This document shows positions 49,981 through 59,707 of a stretch of DNA of 64,000 nt, in pieces. Within the stretch, counting starts at the first letter, position 1. Each line of letters begins with the position of its first letter. Origin of the DNA: Spirochaetaceae bacterium (GTDB lineage: Bacteria > Spirochaetota > Spirochaetia > DSM-2461); contig JAOPTT010000007.1 in the NCBI GenBank assembly GCA_051531975.1, forward strand, positions 216,985 through 280,984, given 5' to 3'. Made by a program: the position numbers and the translations under genes. The notes under the pieces were generated by a model. The model was not told the DNA's origin, searched no databases, and was given only the letters and a program-made list of their open reading frames with translations.

Positions 49981-52900
49981 TTGTCAAAATTAAAGAATAT
50001 ACTATTTACATTCATATTTCTAATCTTAGCTCAATTTTTAGTTGCCTTAGATTTAACGCCTGAGGAAAAACAGTGGATTAAAGATAACCCTATTATTAGG
50101 GTTAGTAATGAAATGAAATGGGCACCATTTAATTTTAATGTTTATGGTCAACCTAGAGGTTATTCTATAGAATACATGAATAAATTAGCACACATTTCAG
50201 GTTTGGAAATAGAGTATATCTCTGGTCCTGAATGGGGTGATTTTATGAATATGATTCAAAATGATCAACTAGATATCATATTGAATTGTGCATATACAGA
50301 AGAGAGGGATGAATTTCTAAATTTTACAGACCAATATTTGGGATTTGCTACTTCTGTATATATAAAAAACAGTGATGATTATATTAATAGTGTAGAAGAG
50401 TTATATGGAAAGACTATTGCCATCCCTACCGACTTTTATTTTGAATCATTAATAAAAAAATATCCCAAAATAACTATATTAAGTGTTAAAGATACTGCTG
50501 AAGCAATGTTAGCTGTATCTTCTGGTCAAGCTGATGCGATGTTAGACTTATCTCCTGTTGTCAATTATTTGATGAATGAATTATCAATTACAAATTTGAA
50601 ACCAGGTGGTAGTTTAGGATTAAACGAAGATCAAGTTTTATATGCATCCTTAGGTATAAGAGAAGATTATACTCTTTTACATTCCATAATGCAAAAGAGT
50701 ATGAGAGAAATAGGTTATGAAGAAGTTAGTAATTTAAAAAGAAAATGGTTAGGATATACTACTGATGATACAGGTAATGAGCTAACAGTTAAAGAGATAA
50801 ACTTTCTTAAAGAACATCCTGTTCTTAGGGTTCATAATGAGATGAATTGGCCTCCATTTAATTTTAATATCAATGGCATTCCTACTGGTTTGTCTATTGA
50901 GTACATGAACCTTCTAGCAAAAAAGTTAAATATAGATATAGAGTATATCTCTGGACCAAGTTGGGCAGTTTTTATGGATATGATAAAATTTAAAGAACTT
51001 GATGTTATGCTTAACATTATAAAAACACCCGCTAGAGAAAAGTTTATATTATATACAGATCATTATATAAAGAACCCAAATGTAATTGTTTCTAATAAAA
51101 ATAATAGATATAGAAGAATAGATGAATTAAAGGGTAAACAAGTTGCAATTGTTAAGGGATTCTCCGCTCAGGAGATAATTGAAAGAGATTACCCTGATAT
51201 TGAAGTTTATCTTGTAAAAGATACATTGGCAGGTTTAAAGGCTGTCTCTTTTAATCAAGCAGATGCCATGTTAAGTGAAGAAGCTGTATCTAATTATATA
51301 ATTAATGAAAACCTTATATCTAATTTAACTCTATCTGGAGAAGTTGAAATAGGTGGAGCTGAATACCCTCAACTAAATATTGGGATACGGGATGATTGGC
51401 CAGAACTACAAAGTATTTTACAAAAAACAATGTTGGATGTTACCACAGATGAGATGGATGTTTTAAAAAACAAGTGGATATTTAATAATTCAGTATTAAA
51501 CAGTGATATTCAGTCTGATGTTAGTAATAATAAAATAATAAAACAACTTTTAGTTATATTTATGTCTGCAGTAATTATTTTGATTCTATTTTTTATATTA
51601 CAAAAAAACTTAAATCGAAAAAGAATTGATAGTGCAACATTTGATCTTAAAAAGATGAGGTTGATAAGTCTAAGTATATTGGCTGCTAGTATTACAATTA
51701 TTATATTTATATCAATTATTGGTATTAATAATATTTACAAAAAATCTGTTGAGGATGCAAGATCAGAACTGAATAGTATTGTTACGACAACTCAGGAATC
51801 TCTAAAACTATGGACAAGTCGAAATTTAGATCAAGTTAAACTTGATTCAGCAAATCCAAATTTAGTTTCTTTGGTAGAGGAATTACTACGTTTACCCCTA
51901 GATAAAGATCTTCTTATAAATAACCGAGCTCAAGATGAGATTAGGCACTACTTTAAGGAGTTAAATCCATACTCTTTTTCGGAAGGATTTTTTATTATCT
52001 CACCGGATGGATATAATCTTGCTTCAAGTAGAGATAATAATATTGCAGATAAAAACCTTATTTTGTACCACCGCAAAGAGCTGCTTAAAGATACATTTAA
52101 TGGTAATGCGAACTTTATTCCACCAATACCTAGCGATTCATTTAAAGTAGGTGATAAGCCTACAGATAAATTTAGTATATTTTATGCCGTACCAATAAAG
52201 GATTCTAAAGGAAATGTTATTGCTGTAATGACCCAAAGAGAAGATCCAAATAAAGAGTTTAATAGAATCGCAAAACTTGGTATTTTTGGTTCCTCGGGGG
52301 AAACATATATCTATGATCATAATGGGTTTATGTTAAGTTCAAGTCGATATATAAATCAACTAACCTCTATAGGTCTGCTAAAAGATGGTGAATCCTCAAC
52401 CTTAACAATTCGATTAAAGGATCCTGGTGGTGACTTAACAAATGGTTATATTCCAGACATATATACTCCACAAATGGAAGATACCTTCATGTTAAAATAC
52501 TCTAAAAACAGTGGTTCTGGATATAACGTTGAAGGTTATAGAGACTATCGTGGAGTTGAGGTTTTAGGAGCTTGGATCTGGAACGACGGGTTAAATTATG
52601 GTGTTGTTTCCGAGATAGATAAATCTGATGCCCTATCCTCCTATTATATAACTAGGTCTGTATTTATTATTATTTTAATCCTCGTTTTTTTACTTTCTAC
52701 AGGAGCAACTCTATTTAGTATCTCTATAAGTGAAACTGCAAATAGGTCTTTAAAAAACTCTAACGATCAATTAGAGAATAGGGTTTTAGAGAGAACTAAG
52801 GAAGTTGTTTTTGCTAAGAGGAATTTAGAAAATACAATTGAGGCTCTAACACACCCTTTTTATGTTATTGACGCCAAAACTTATGAGATTGTATTAGCTA

Positions 52901-55395
52901 ACTCCTCAGCAAAAAAAGCAGCTAAAGGTAAAGAGATTACAACATGTTACCGGTTAACCCATAGGGTTGAAGAACCTTGCAGTAGTATAGAGCACCCATG
53001 TCCATTATCAATGGTAAAAGCGACTGGTAAAACAGCAAAAGTTGAACATATTCATTACGATGAAAATGATAAACCTATTTTTGTAGAAGTTCATGGGTAT
53101 CCTATTTTTGATGAAGACGGTGAATTAATTCAGATGATTGAGTATTCTCTTGATATCACAGATAGAAAAATTGCAGAAAAAGCTCTGGCTACTGCAAAGG
53201 ATGTAGCAGAAGACGCAACAAGAGCAAAATCTGATTTCTTAGCAAATATGAGTCATGAAATCAGAACTCCTATGAATGCAATTATAGGTCTATCTACTAT
53301 AATTCAGAAAACAGATCTTTCAGATAGGCAACAAGATTACATTCAGAAAATATACGGGTCGGCCCATAATCTTCTTGGTATTATAAACGATATTTTAGAC
53401 TTTTCAAAAATAGAAGCTGGAAAGCTTACAATGGAATCTATACCATTTGATATTAATGAAGTCTTCGAGAATCTTGGTAGTATGATTAGTTCTAAAGCGC
53501 AGGATAAGGGTTTAGAGCTTGTTTTTCATATCTCTACGGAGCTACCCAAAATGTTAGTAGGAGACCCATTAAGAATGGGGCAAATCCTTCTTAATTTAAC
53601 AAATAATGCAATTAAGTTCACAGAAGAAGGTGAAATTGCAGTTCAGGCTGAAGTTCTTAAAAAAGATGATAAACTTGTAGAGATAAAGTTTAGTGTTCGG
53701 GATACTGGTATTGGATTAACAAATGAGCAATCAAGCAAACTATTTAGGGCATTCTCCCAAGCAGATTCATCTACAACTAGGGAATATGGTGGTACAGGAT
53801 TAGGTCTCTCTATTAGTAAAAAACTGTGCGAAATGATGGGTGGACAAATTGGGGTTGTTAGTGCAGCAGGAGAGGGTTCCACATTCTTCTTTACAGGTAT
53901 TTTTGAATATAGTAACGACTATCAAAGAGATATCTTTCCAGAAGAATTACATAATTTAAAAGTCTTAATTGTTGATGATAACTTAACAAGTAGAGAAGTT
54001 CTAATGTCCTATGCAACAGATTTTGGATTTAAACCAACAGCAGTAGATAATGGAGTTGAAGCTATACAGCAAATAAGACATAACATAGAAAAGTCCATAG
54101 AAGATTTTGATCTTGTATTAATGGACTATAGCATGCCTAAAATGAATGGTTTTCAGACTTCTGTTAAAATCAATGAACTTTTAGAAGAGAATAGACGACC
54201 AAAATATATTTTAGTAACAGGTTATGGTCGAGACGAAACGATCCAAGGGGTAGAGAAATATGGATTTGTAGGATTTGTACTTAAACCAGTAAACCAATCC
54301 CTTCTATTTAATACTATTATGCAAGCTTTTGGTAAAGAAAGAAGAGATCAAAATAGATTATCCAGTAATGAATACCCTAAAGATTTTAATAAAGTTCGTG
54401 GTGCAAACATCTTATTAACTGAAGATAATCAGATTAATCAGGAAGTTGCTAGAGAATTACTTGAATCTGAAGGATTCATTATAGATATTGCAAATAACGG
54501 TAAAGAATCTGTTGATATGGCTAATGAAAAGGCATACGACATTATTTTAATGGATCTTCAGATGCCGGTTATGGATGGTTACGATGCAACAATTGCAATA
54601 AGAAAACAGGAGCAAAACAGAGATCTTTCAATAATAGCTATGACTGCTGACGCCATGACTGGAGTTCGGGATAGAGTCTTAGAAGTTGGTATGAACGATT
54701 ATGTTACAAAACCTATAGAAACTAATAAATTATGGTTAGCACTGACAAAGTGGATAGAGCATAAAGATAGAGATTTTTCAATAACTAATACAGACTCTGC
54801 ACCACCTAAAGAAATAGAAATAAATATTCCCGGAATTGATATGGAACAAGGAGTCAAAAGAGTTGGTGGAAACAAAGTATTATATAAAAAATTGTTAAAT
54901 AAGTTCATAGAGTCCAATAGAAACTTTAAAACACAAATATTAAACGCTACAAAAAATAACAATGAAGATGCCATACGATTTAGTCATACACTTAAAGGTG
55001 TTGCTGGTAATTTAGGTATGGAAGATCTTCAGGAAGAGACATTGAAGCTCGAGAGTGCACTTAAAAATGGAGCATCATTTACTGAACTTCTTGATAGTGT
55101 AGATCTAATGGTTTCTTCTATTATTACTTCAATATTAGACAGTAAAATTAATTTAGAACAAGAGACATCAAAAGAGATTGTTGACTGGCGTATTTTAAAA
55201 GAAGAATTAAAAGCTGTAATAGACAGCTTAGAAAAAAGAAAACCAAAACCTGCAATTGAATTAATAGATAAATATAGTGGTTCAGATTTAGAAGTAAGCA
55301 TATCTAAGGGTTTTAAAGAAGCAAAACAACTATTAACAAAATATAAGATGAAAGATGCACTTATAATTTTAAGTGAAATCGTTAAGGAGATATAG
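49981..55395 (+). CDS. Giant hybrid kinase: 2x SBP_bac_3 - TM - TM - Cache-like - TM - Cys-rich PAS - HisKA - HATPase - REC - REC - Hpt
   Basis: Two W.PFNF...G.SIEYM repeats, [22 protein letters not shown], two MD..MP receivers, [14 protein letters not shown] 49981 has SD GGAGAGG (alternative ATG 49939). Confidence 0.92.
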   Translation: MSKLKNILFTFIFLILAQFLVALDLTPEEKQWIKDNPIIRVSNEMKWAPFNFNVYGQPRGYSIEYMNKLAHISGLEIEYISGPEWGDFMNMIQNDQLDIILNCAYTEERDEFLNFTDQYLGFATSVYIKNSDDYINSVEELYGKTIAIPTDFYFESLIKKYPKITILSVKDTAEAMLAVSSGQADAMLDLSPVVNYLMNELSITNLKPGGSLGLNEDQVLYASLGIREDYTLLHSIMQKSMREIGYEEVSNLKRKWLGYTTDDTGNELTVKEINFLKEHPVLRVHNEMNWPPFNFNINGIPTGLSIEYMNLLAKKLNIDIEYISGPSWAVFMDMIKFKELDVMLNIIKTPAREKFILYTDHYIKNPNVIVSNKNNRYRRIDELKGKQVAIVKGFSAQEIIERDYPDIEVYLVKDTLAGLKAVSFNQADAMLSEEAVSNYIINENLISNLTLSGEVEIGGAEYPQLNIGIRDDWPELQSILQKTMLDVTTDEMDVLKNKWIFNNSVLNSDIQSDVSNNKIIKQLLVIFMSAVIILILFFILQKNLNRKRIDSATFDLKKMRLISLSILAASITIIIFISIIGINNIYKKSVEDARSELNSIVTTTQESLKLWTSRNLDQVKLDSANPNLVSLVEELLRLPLDKDLLINNRAQDEIRHYFKELNPYSFSEGFFIISPDGYNLASSRDNNIADKNLILYHRKELLKDTFNGNANFIPPIPSDSFKVGDKPTDKFSIFYAVPIKDSKGNVIAVMTQREDPNKEFNRIAKLGIFGSSGETYIYDHNGFMLSSSRYINQLTSIGLLKDGESSTLTIRLKDPGGDLTNGYIPDIYTPQMEDTFMLKYSKNSGSGYNVEGYRDYRGVEVLGAWIWNDGLNYGVVSEIDKSDALSSYYITRSVFIIILILVFLLSTGATLFSISISETANRSLKNSNDQLENRVLERTKEVVFAKRNLENTIEALTHPFYVIDAKTYEIVLANSSAKKAAKGKEITTCYRLTHRVEEPCSSIEHPCPLSMVKATGKTAKVEHIHYDENDKPIFVEVHGYPIFDEDGELIQMIEYSLDITDRKIAEKALATAKDVAEDATRAKSDFLANMSHEIRTPMNAIIGLSTIIQKTDLSDRQQDYIQKIYGSAHNLLGIINDILDFSKIEAGKLTMESIPFDINEVFENLGSMISSKAQDKGLELVFHISTELPKMLVGDPLRMGQILLNLTNNAIKFTEEGEIAVQAEVLKKDDKLVEIKFSVRDTGIGLTNEQSSKLFRAFSQADSSTTREYGGTGLGLSISKKLCEMMGGQIGVVSAAGEGSTFFFTGIFEYSNDYQRDIFPEELHNLKVLIVDDNLTSREVLMSYATDFGFKPTAVDNGVEAIQQIRHNIEKSIEDFDLVLMDYSMPKMNGFQTSVKINELLEENRRPKYILVTGYGRDETIQGVEKYGFVGFVLKPVNQSLLFNTIMQAFGKERRDQNRLSSNEYPKDFNKVRGANILLTEDNQINQEVARELLESEGFIIDIANNGKESVDMANEKAYDIILMDLQMPVMDGYDATIAIRKQEQNRDLSIIAMTADAMTGVRDRVLEVGMNDYVTKPIETNKLWLALTKWIEHKDRDFSITNTDSAPPKEIEINIPGIDMEQGVKRVGGNKVLYKKLLNKFIESNRNFKTQILNATKNNNEDAIRFSHTLKGVAGNLGMEDLQEETLKLESALKNGASFTELLDSVDLMVSSIITSILDSKINLEQETSKEIVDWRILKEELKAVIDSLEKRKPKPAIELIDKYSGSDLEVSISKGFKEAKQLLTKYKMKDALIILSEIVKEI

Positions 55396-55397
55396 AA

Positions 55398-56831
55398 GTG
55401 GATAATGAAAGGAAATCGATTCTTGTTGTAGATGATACTCCCACTAATATAGATATATTACTGGATATATTATCTGAAAAATATGAGGTCTCGGTAGCTA
55501 TCGATGGTGAATCAGCCTTAGAAAGTGTTTCAGAAATGACACCAGATTTAATACTTTTGGATATTATGATGCCAGGAATGGATGGTTACGAGGTATGTTC
55601 TAGATTAAAGCAGAATGAAAGTACATCGGGAATTCCTGTTATATTTATTACTGCAATGACAGATATCAATAATGAAGTAAGAGGTTTTGAAGTTGGAGCA
55701 ATCGATTATATAACTAAACCATTTTCCCCACCTATTGTAGAGAGAAGAATTGAAACAGCACTTAAACTGGAGTCTAAAACCAAAGAATTAGCGCTATTAG
55801 CAAAAAAATTATCCAAATATCTATCCCCACAAGTATATGTATCAATTTTTAGAGGTGATCAGGATGTTAAAATTGAGTCTAATAGGAAAAAACTCACAAT
55901 CTTTTTCTCAGATATAGTTAATTTTACCTCAACAACTGAGGGAATGGAGTCTGAAGATTTAACGGCATTATTAAATAATTATTTAGATGAGATGTCAAAT
56001 ATTGCTCTAAAACATGGAGGTACTATAGATAAGTTTATAGGTGATGCAATTCTTATTTTCTTTGGAGACCCATTAACAAGAGGTGTACAAGAAGATGCAA
56101 TAGCTTGCGCTTCAATGGCAATAGAGATGAGAGATAGATTAGCTGAGTTACAGGATACTTGGCTATCCTATGGAATACAAAACCCATTCCAAGTACGTTT
56201 TGGTATTACAACAGGTTATTGTACCGTTGGAAATTTTGGAAGTAAAAATAGAATGGATTATACCATTATTGGTAGTCAGGTTAATATTGCAAGTCGATTG
56301 GAAACTAGTGCTGCTCCAGGGCAGATAATTGTATCCCATGAAACTTATGCTCAGATAAATGAGTCTATAAACTGTTATGTAAATAAAGAAATACATGTTA
56401 AAGGGATTTCAAGACCATTACAAACCTATTTAGTCTCAGAACTTAATACCGATGGTGTAGATACATCAAACATCAGGTCTTTAATGGAAACTACTGAATT
56501 TATTAGCAGTAAAATGTTGTCATCCGAGGCATTTAAGATTTATAGTAATAAAGACCCTGAGTTTCCAATTGTAGTTGTTGATGATAATATACCTAGAGGA
56601 ATAATAAGAAGGTTTCATATTTTAAATAATGAAATACCGATAGATACATTACCAATATCAAAAGCTTTGGTTGTAGATAAGAGTTGGCCAATAGATGAAG
56701 TTATACGATTGTATAAAAGTAATAATGAAGAGAAGTTAAATAATCCAATAATTGTTATGCACCAGGAAAAACTAGTTGGGATTATTAAAAATATAACAAT
56801 AATAAAATACATACTAAATAAAAAGGACTAA
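55398..56831 (+). CDS. Response-regulator adenylate cyclase (REC - class III cyclase - CBS-like pair)
   Basis: LDIMMP receiver; FSDIVNFT, IDKFIGDA, DYTIIGSQVNIASRLE; C-terminal VVVDD..P.GII and I.V.....LVGII repeats. Confidence 0.9.
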   Translation: MDNERKSILVVDDTPTNIDILLDILSEKYEVSVAIDGESALESVSEMTPDLILLDIMMPGMDGYEVCSRLKQNESTSGIPVIFITAMTDINNEVRGFEVGAIDYITKPFSPPIVERRIETALKLESKTKELALLAKKLSKYLSPQVYVSIFRGDQDVKIESNRKKLTIFFSDIVNFTSTTEGMESEDLTALLNNYLDEMSNIALKHGGTIDKFIGDAILIFFGDPLTRGVQEDAIACASMAIEMRDRLAELQDTWLSYGIQNPFQVRFGITTGYCTVGNFGSKNRMDYTIIGSQVNIASRLETSAAPGQIIVSHETYAQINESINCYVNKEIHVKGISRPLQTYLVSELNTDGVDTSNIRSLMETTEFISSKMLSSEAFKIYSNKDPEFPIVVVDDNIPRGIIRRFHILNNEIPIDTLPISKALVVDKSWPIDEVIRLYKSNNEEKLNNPIIVMHQEKLVGIIKNITIIKYILNKKD

Positions 56832-56834
56832 AAG

Positions 56835-57188
56835 ATGATATTAGTAGTTGATGATACCCCAGAAAACATAGATATCTTGTTAGAAATACTTGGTGAAGTT
56901 GATGATCTATCTGTAGCTTTAAGTGGAGAAGATGCATTAGAAATTGTTGAAGATGAAACACCAGATTTAATTGTACTAGACGTAGTAATGCCAGGAATGG
57001 ATGGTTATACCGTTTGTAAAACATTAAAAGCTAATGATAAATATAAAGATATTCCAATAATTTTTCTATCAGGGAATGATAGTGCAGAAGAGGTTCAAAA
57101 GGGACTGGACTTAGGCGCAGTTGATTTTCAGACGAAACCAATAGATCCTGAAAAACTAATTGCAGCAATAAATAAATATAAGAGGTAA
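56835..57188 (+). CDS. Single-domain response regulator
   Basis: VVDD, LDVVMP, FLS, TKP. Confidence 0.9.
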   Translation: MILVVDDTPENIDILLEILGEVDDLSVALSGEDALEIVEDETPDLIVLDVVMPGMDGYTVCKTLKANDKYKDIPIIFLSGNDSAEEVQKGLDLGAVDFQTKPIDPEKLIAAINKYKR

Positions 57189-57190
57189 TT

Positions 57191-57631
57191 ATGAGTTTAC
57201 AAGATGATAGACTAGGTTCTAAAAAGTCAATTCCATTAATAGGTGTTCGAAGGAATGGGCAACCTATAAAAGTTGTTGTTATCGACGATGTTTTTATAGA
57301 TTGTAGAATTACATCACAGATTTTAAGATCAACAGGTTTTGATGTAGTTGCAGAAGCTGATAATGGTAAAGATGGCCTAATAATGGTACAGCATGAAAAG
57401 CCTAGTATCGTTATTTTAGATTATTTAATGCCAGGTGTTGATGGATTATGGACACTTAAACAAATTAGAAAGATTGATCCTAATGTTAAAGTTATTATGT
57501 CAACTTCTGAAAGTGAAAAAGATCTAGTAATAGAACTTTTCAAAGAGGGAGCTACTGCATATATTGTTAAGCCTATAGATAGAACTGTAGTCTTAGAGAA
57601 ATTAAAGAAAGTAGTTGATGAACTACATTAA
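57191..57631 (+). CDS. CheY-like response regulator with N-terminal extension (spirochaetal CheY3-like)
   Basis: 146 aa, G....G.P..V..IDD, LDYLMP, MST, YIVKPIDR. Confidence 0.8.
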   Translation: MSLQDDRLGSKKSIPLIGVRRNGQPIKVVVIDDVFIDCRITSQILRSTGFDVVAEADNGKDGLIMVQHEKPSIVILDYLMPGVDGLWTLKQIRKIDPNVKVIMSTSESEKDLVIELFKEGATAYIVKPIDRTVVLEKLKKVVDELH

Positions 57632-57640
57632 GGAGTAAAA

Positions 57641-58969
57641 ATGAGTGAAAATATTATTGGGATTAATGATAGGCCTTCTATCGGAAAGTGGATCCCTTTA
57701 AGTCTACAACACGTATTTGCAATGTTTGGAGCAACAGTTTTAGTTCCAGCATTAACAGGTTTAAGTCCTACAACGGCACTTTTTACCTCGGGTATAGGTA
57801 CAATTATCTATATTTTAATTACTAAAGGTAAAGTTCCTGCATATTTAGGATCATCCTTTGCATTTATTGCACCTATAATACTTATTTCTGGTAAATTTGG
57901 TGTGGAATATGCTTTTGGTGCAGCATTCTGTGTTGGTATATTTTATACTCTTATAGCACTTCTTATTAGACAGTTTGGTAAAGGTTGGATAGACCGTTTA
58001 TTACCACCTGTTGTAGTTGGTTCAATTATTATTGTTATTGGTTTAACTTTGGCACCTGTTGCTATGAGTATGGCTATGAACACAGCAGTTGATCCATCTG
58101 GTTATAGTCTAGTTCACCTCTCTATTGCAGGTGTTACATTAGCAATAGCAGTAATTTCATCAATTGTATTAAAGGGATTTTTTAATGTTATACCTATACT
58201 AATTGGTATTATTGGTGGTTATCTATTTACGTTTATTATGGGGTTATTTTTTCCTGCATATCATATTATAAACTTTGATGTAATTGCAGCAGCAGACTCT
58301 TTTTCATTACCAAGTTATGTATTTCCAAAGTTTGCTATAATTCCGATAATAACATTTTTACTAGTGGCTTTAGCAACAATTGCTGAGCATCTTGGTGATA
58401 CCATGGTTTTAGGTAAAGTTTGTAAAAAAGATTTTTATAAAGAACCAGGTATACATAGAACATTAGCTGGAGACGGAGTAGCGACATCAATCGCAGCACT
58501 TTTTGGTGGACCTCCAAATACTACTTATGGTGAGAACGTAGGGGTAATGGCAATTACAGGGGTTCATTCTGTATGGGTAACTGGTGGAGCTGCAGTTGTT
58601 GCAATTGTACTATCATTTATTCCTCCAGTTGGGGCTTTCATACAGACTATTCCTAGCGCTGTAATGGGTGGTGTTTCTGCTATGTTATTTGGAATAATTG
58701 CATCAGCTGGTATCCGGACTATAAGCGAAAGTGGTATCAATTATGGTGAGAAGAGAAATTTAACTATTAGTTCTGTAATTTTAGTTATCGGAATTGGTGG
58801 TGGTAAGATTGTTGCTCCAATATCTGAGGGAGTTAGTTTCGAATTAGGTGGAGTTGCTTTAGCTGCTTTTGTTGGTATTATCTTAAACCTAGTACTTCCA
58901 AAGTCTTTAAACGATATACCTGAAGAGACAGCAGAAGAAATGATTCAACATGAGATAGATAAACAATAG
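57641..58969 (+). CDS. uraA: Uracil permease (NCS2 family)
   Basis: LQHVFAMFGATVLVP, YLGSSFAF, EHLGD, PNTTYGENVG. Confidence 0.92.
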   Translation: MSENIIGINDRPSIGKWIPLSLQHVFAMFGATVLVPALTGLSPTTALFTSGIGTIIYILITKGKVPAYLGSSFAFIAPIILISGKFGVEYAFGAAFCVGIFYTLIALLIRQFGKGWIDRLLPPVVVGSIIIVIGLTLAPVAMSMAMNTAVDPSGYSLVHLSIAGVTLAIAVISSIVLKGFFNVIPILIGIIGGYLFTFIMGLFFPAYHIINFDVIAAADSFSLPSYVFPKFAIIPIITFLLVALATIAEHLGDTMVLGKVCKKDFYKEPGIHRTLAGDGVATSIAALFGGPPNTTYGENVGVMAITGVHSVWVTGGAAVVAIVLSFIPPVGAFIQTIPSAVMGGVSAMLFGIIASAGIRTISESGINYGEKRNLTISSVILVIGIGGGKIVAPISEGVSFELGGVALAAFVGIILNLVLPKSLNDIPEETAEEMIQHEIDKQ

Positions 58970-59044
58970 TTTCTATAAATTGTGAATAATTTCCTAATGA
59001 TTCAACATGAGATAGATAAACAATAGTTTCTATAAATTGTGAAT
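58939..59044 (+). repeat. Exact 49-bp direct repeat (58939-58987 and 58996-59044)
   Basis: AATGATTCAACATGAGATAGATAAACAATAGTTTCTATAAATTGTGAAT twice, separated by AATTTCCT. Confidence 0.95.
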
Positions 59045-59052
59045 CAATATTC

Positions 59053-59088
59053 ATAAAAAGGGGTGATTATATCACTCCTTTTTTTATA
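59053..59088. terminator. Bidirectional terminator between uraA and the HAD gene
   Basis: ATAAAAAGGGGTGAT-TAT-ATCACTCCTTTTTTTAT. Confidence 0.7.
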
Positions 59089-59663
59089 AGTTCAGCTTTT
59101 AACTGATCAGGACTTTTAAAATGTATAGTATTAATACCAAAATCTTGCGCTACGTCTAAATTCACCTTTGTATCATCTATAAAAATTGTTTTATTAGTAT
59201 CAAATTTATATCGATCTATTATGTAGTGATAAATATTCTTTTCTGGTTTTACCATCTTTACATTTGAAGAAAAAACAATACCATCAAATTTATGCCAAAA
59301 AGAGTTATTTTCTAATAAACTTTGTGCTGATTCTAAATGCATATTAGATAAAACATATAATTTATGCCCACTGTTTTTAATTTCATCAAATAGATCTATA
59401 GTTCCTTGAATAGGAGTTAAAGCTTTAGGCACACAATCTAATATTTTTGATATCAGCTCTTTTTCTAGCCCAGACCTTTTTGATGCCCTTAATACAACAC
59501 TCTCTTTTTCTATTGTCCCACGATCTAATTCTATCCAATCATTATGTTCAAAAAGAGAACTGTATAGTGCACTCTTTTCTAAACCATCTTTAACATTCTC
59601 ATTTACTAATTTATCAGGATTCCAATCAAAAACAACCCCACCAAGATCAAAAATTATATTCAT
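59067..59663 (-). CDS. HAD family phosphatase (YihX-like)
   Basis: FDLGGV, LSN, KP, FIDD motifs. Confidence 0.88.
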   Translation of the reverse strand: MNIIFDLGGVVFDWNPDKLVNENVKDGLEKSALYSSLFEHNDWIELDRGTIEKESVVLRASKRSGLEKELISKILDCVPKALTPIQGTIDLFDEIKNSGHKLYVLSNMHLESAQSLLENNSFWHKFDGIVFSSNVKMVKPEKNIYHYIIDRYKFDTNKTIFIDDTKVNLDVAQDFGINTIHFKSPDQLKAELIKKGVI

Positions 59664-59707
59664 AAAAATTATTATATAGTTTATACTTAATTAGAGGTAG
59701 TTTTTTT

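Noticed and set aside
57632..57640. PyrR attenuator upstream of uraA
   Set aside because: The 9-bp gap holds only an SD sequence
58939..59044. 49-bp repeat as a mini CRISPR array
   Set aside because: Only two copies, 8-bp spacer, overlaps a coding end, no cas genes
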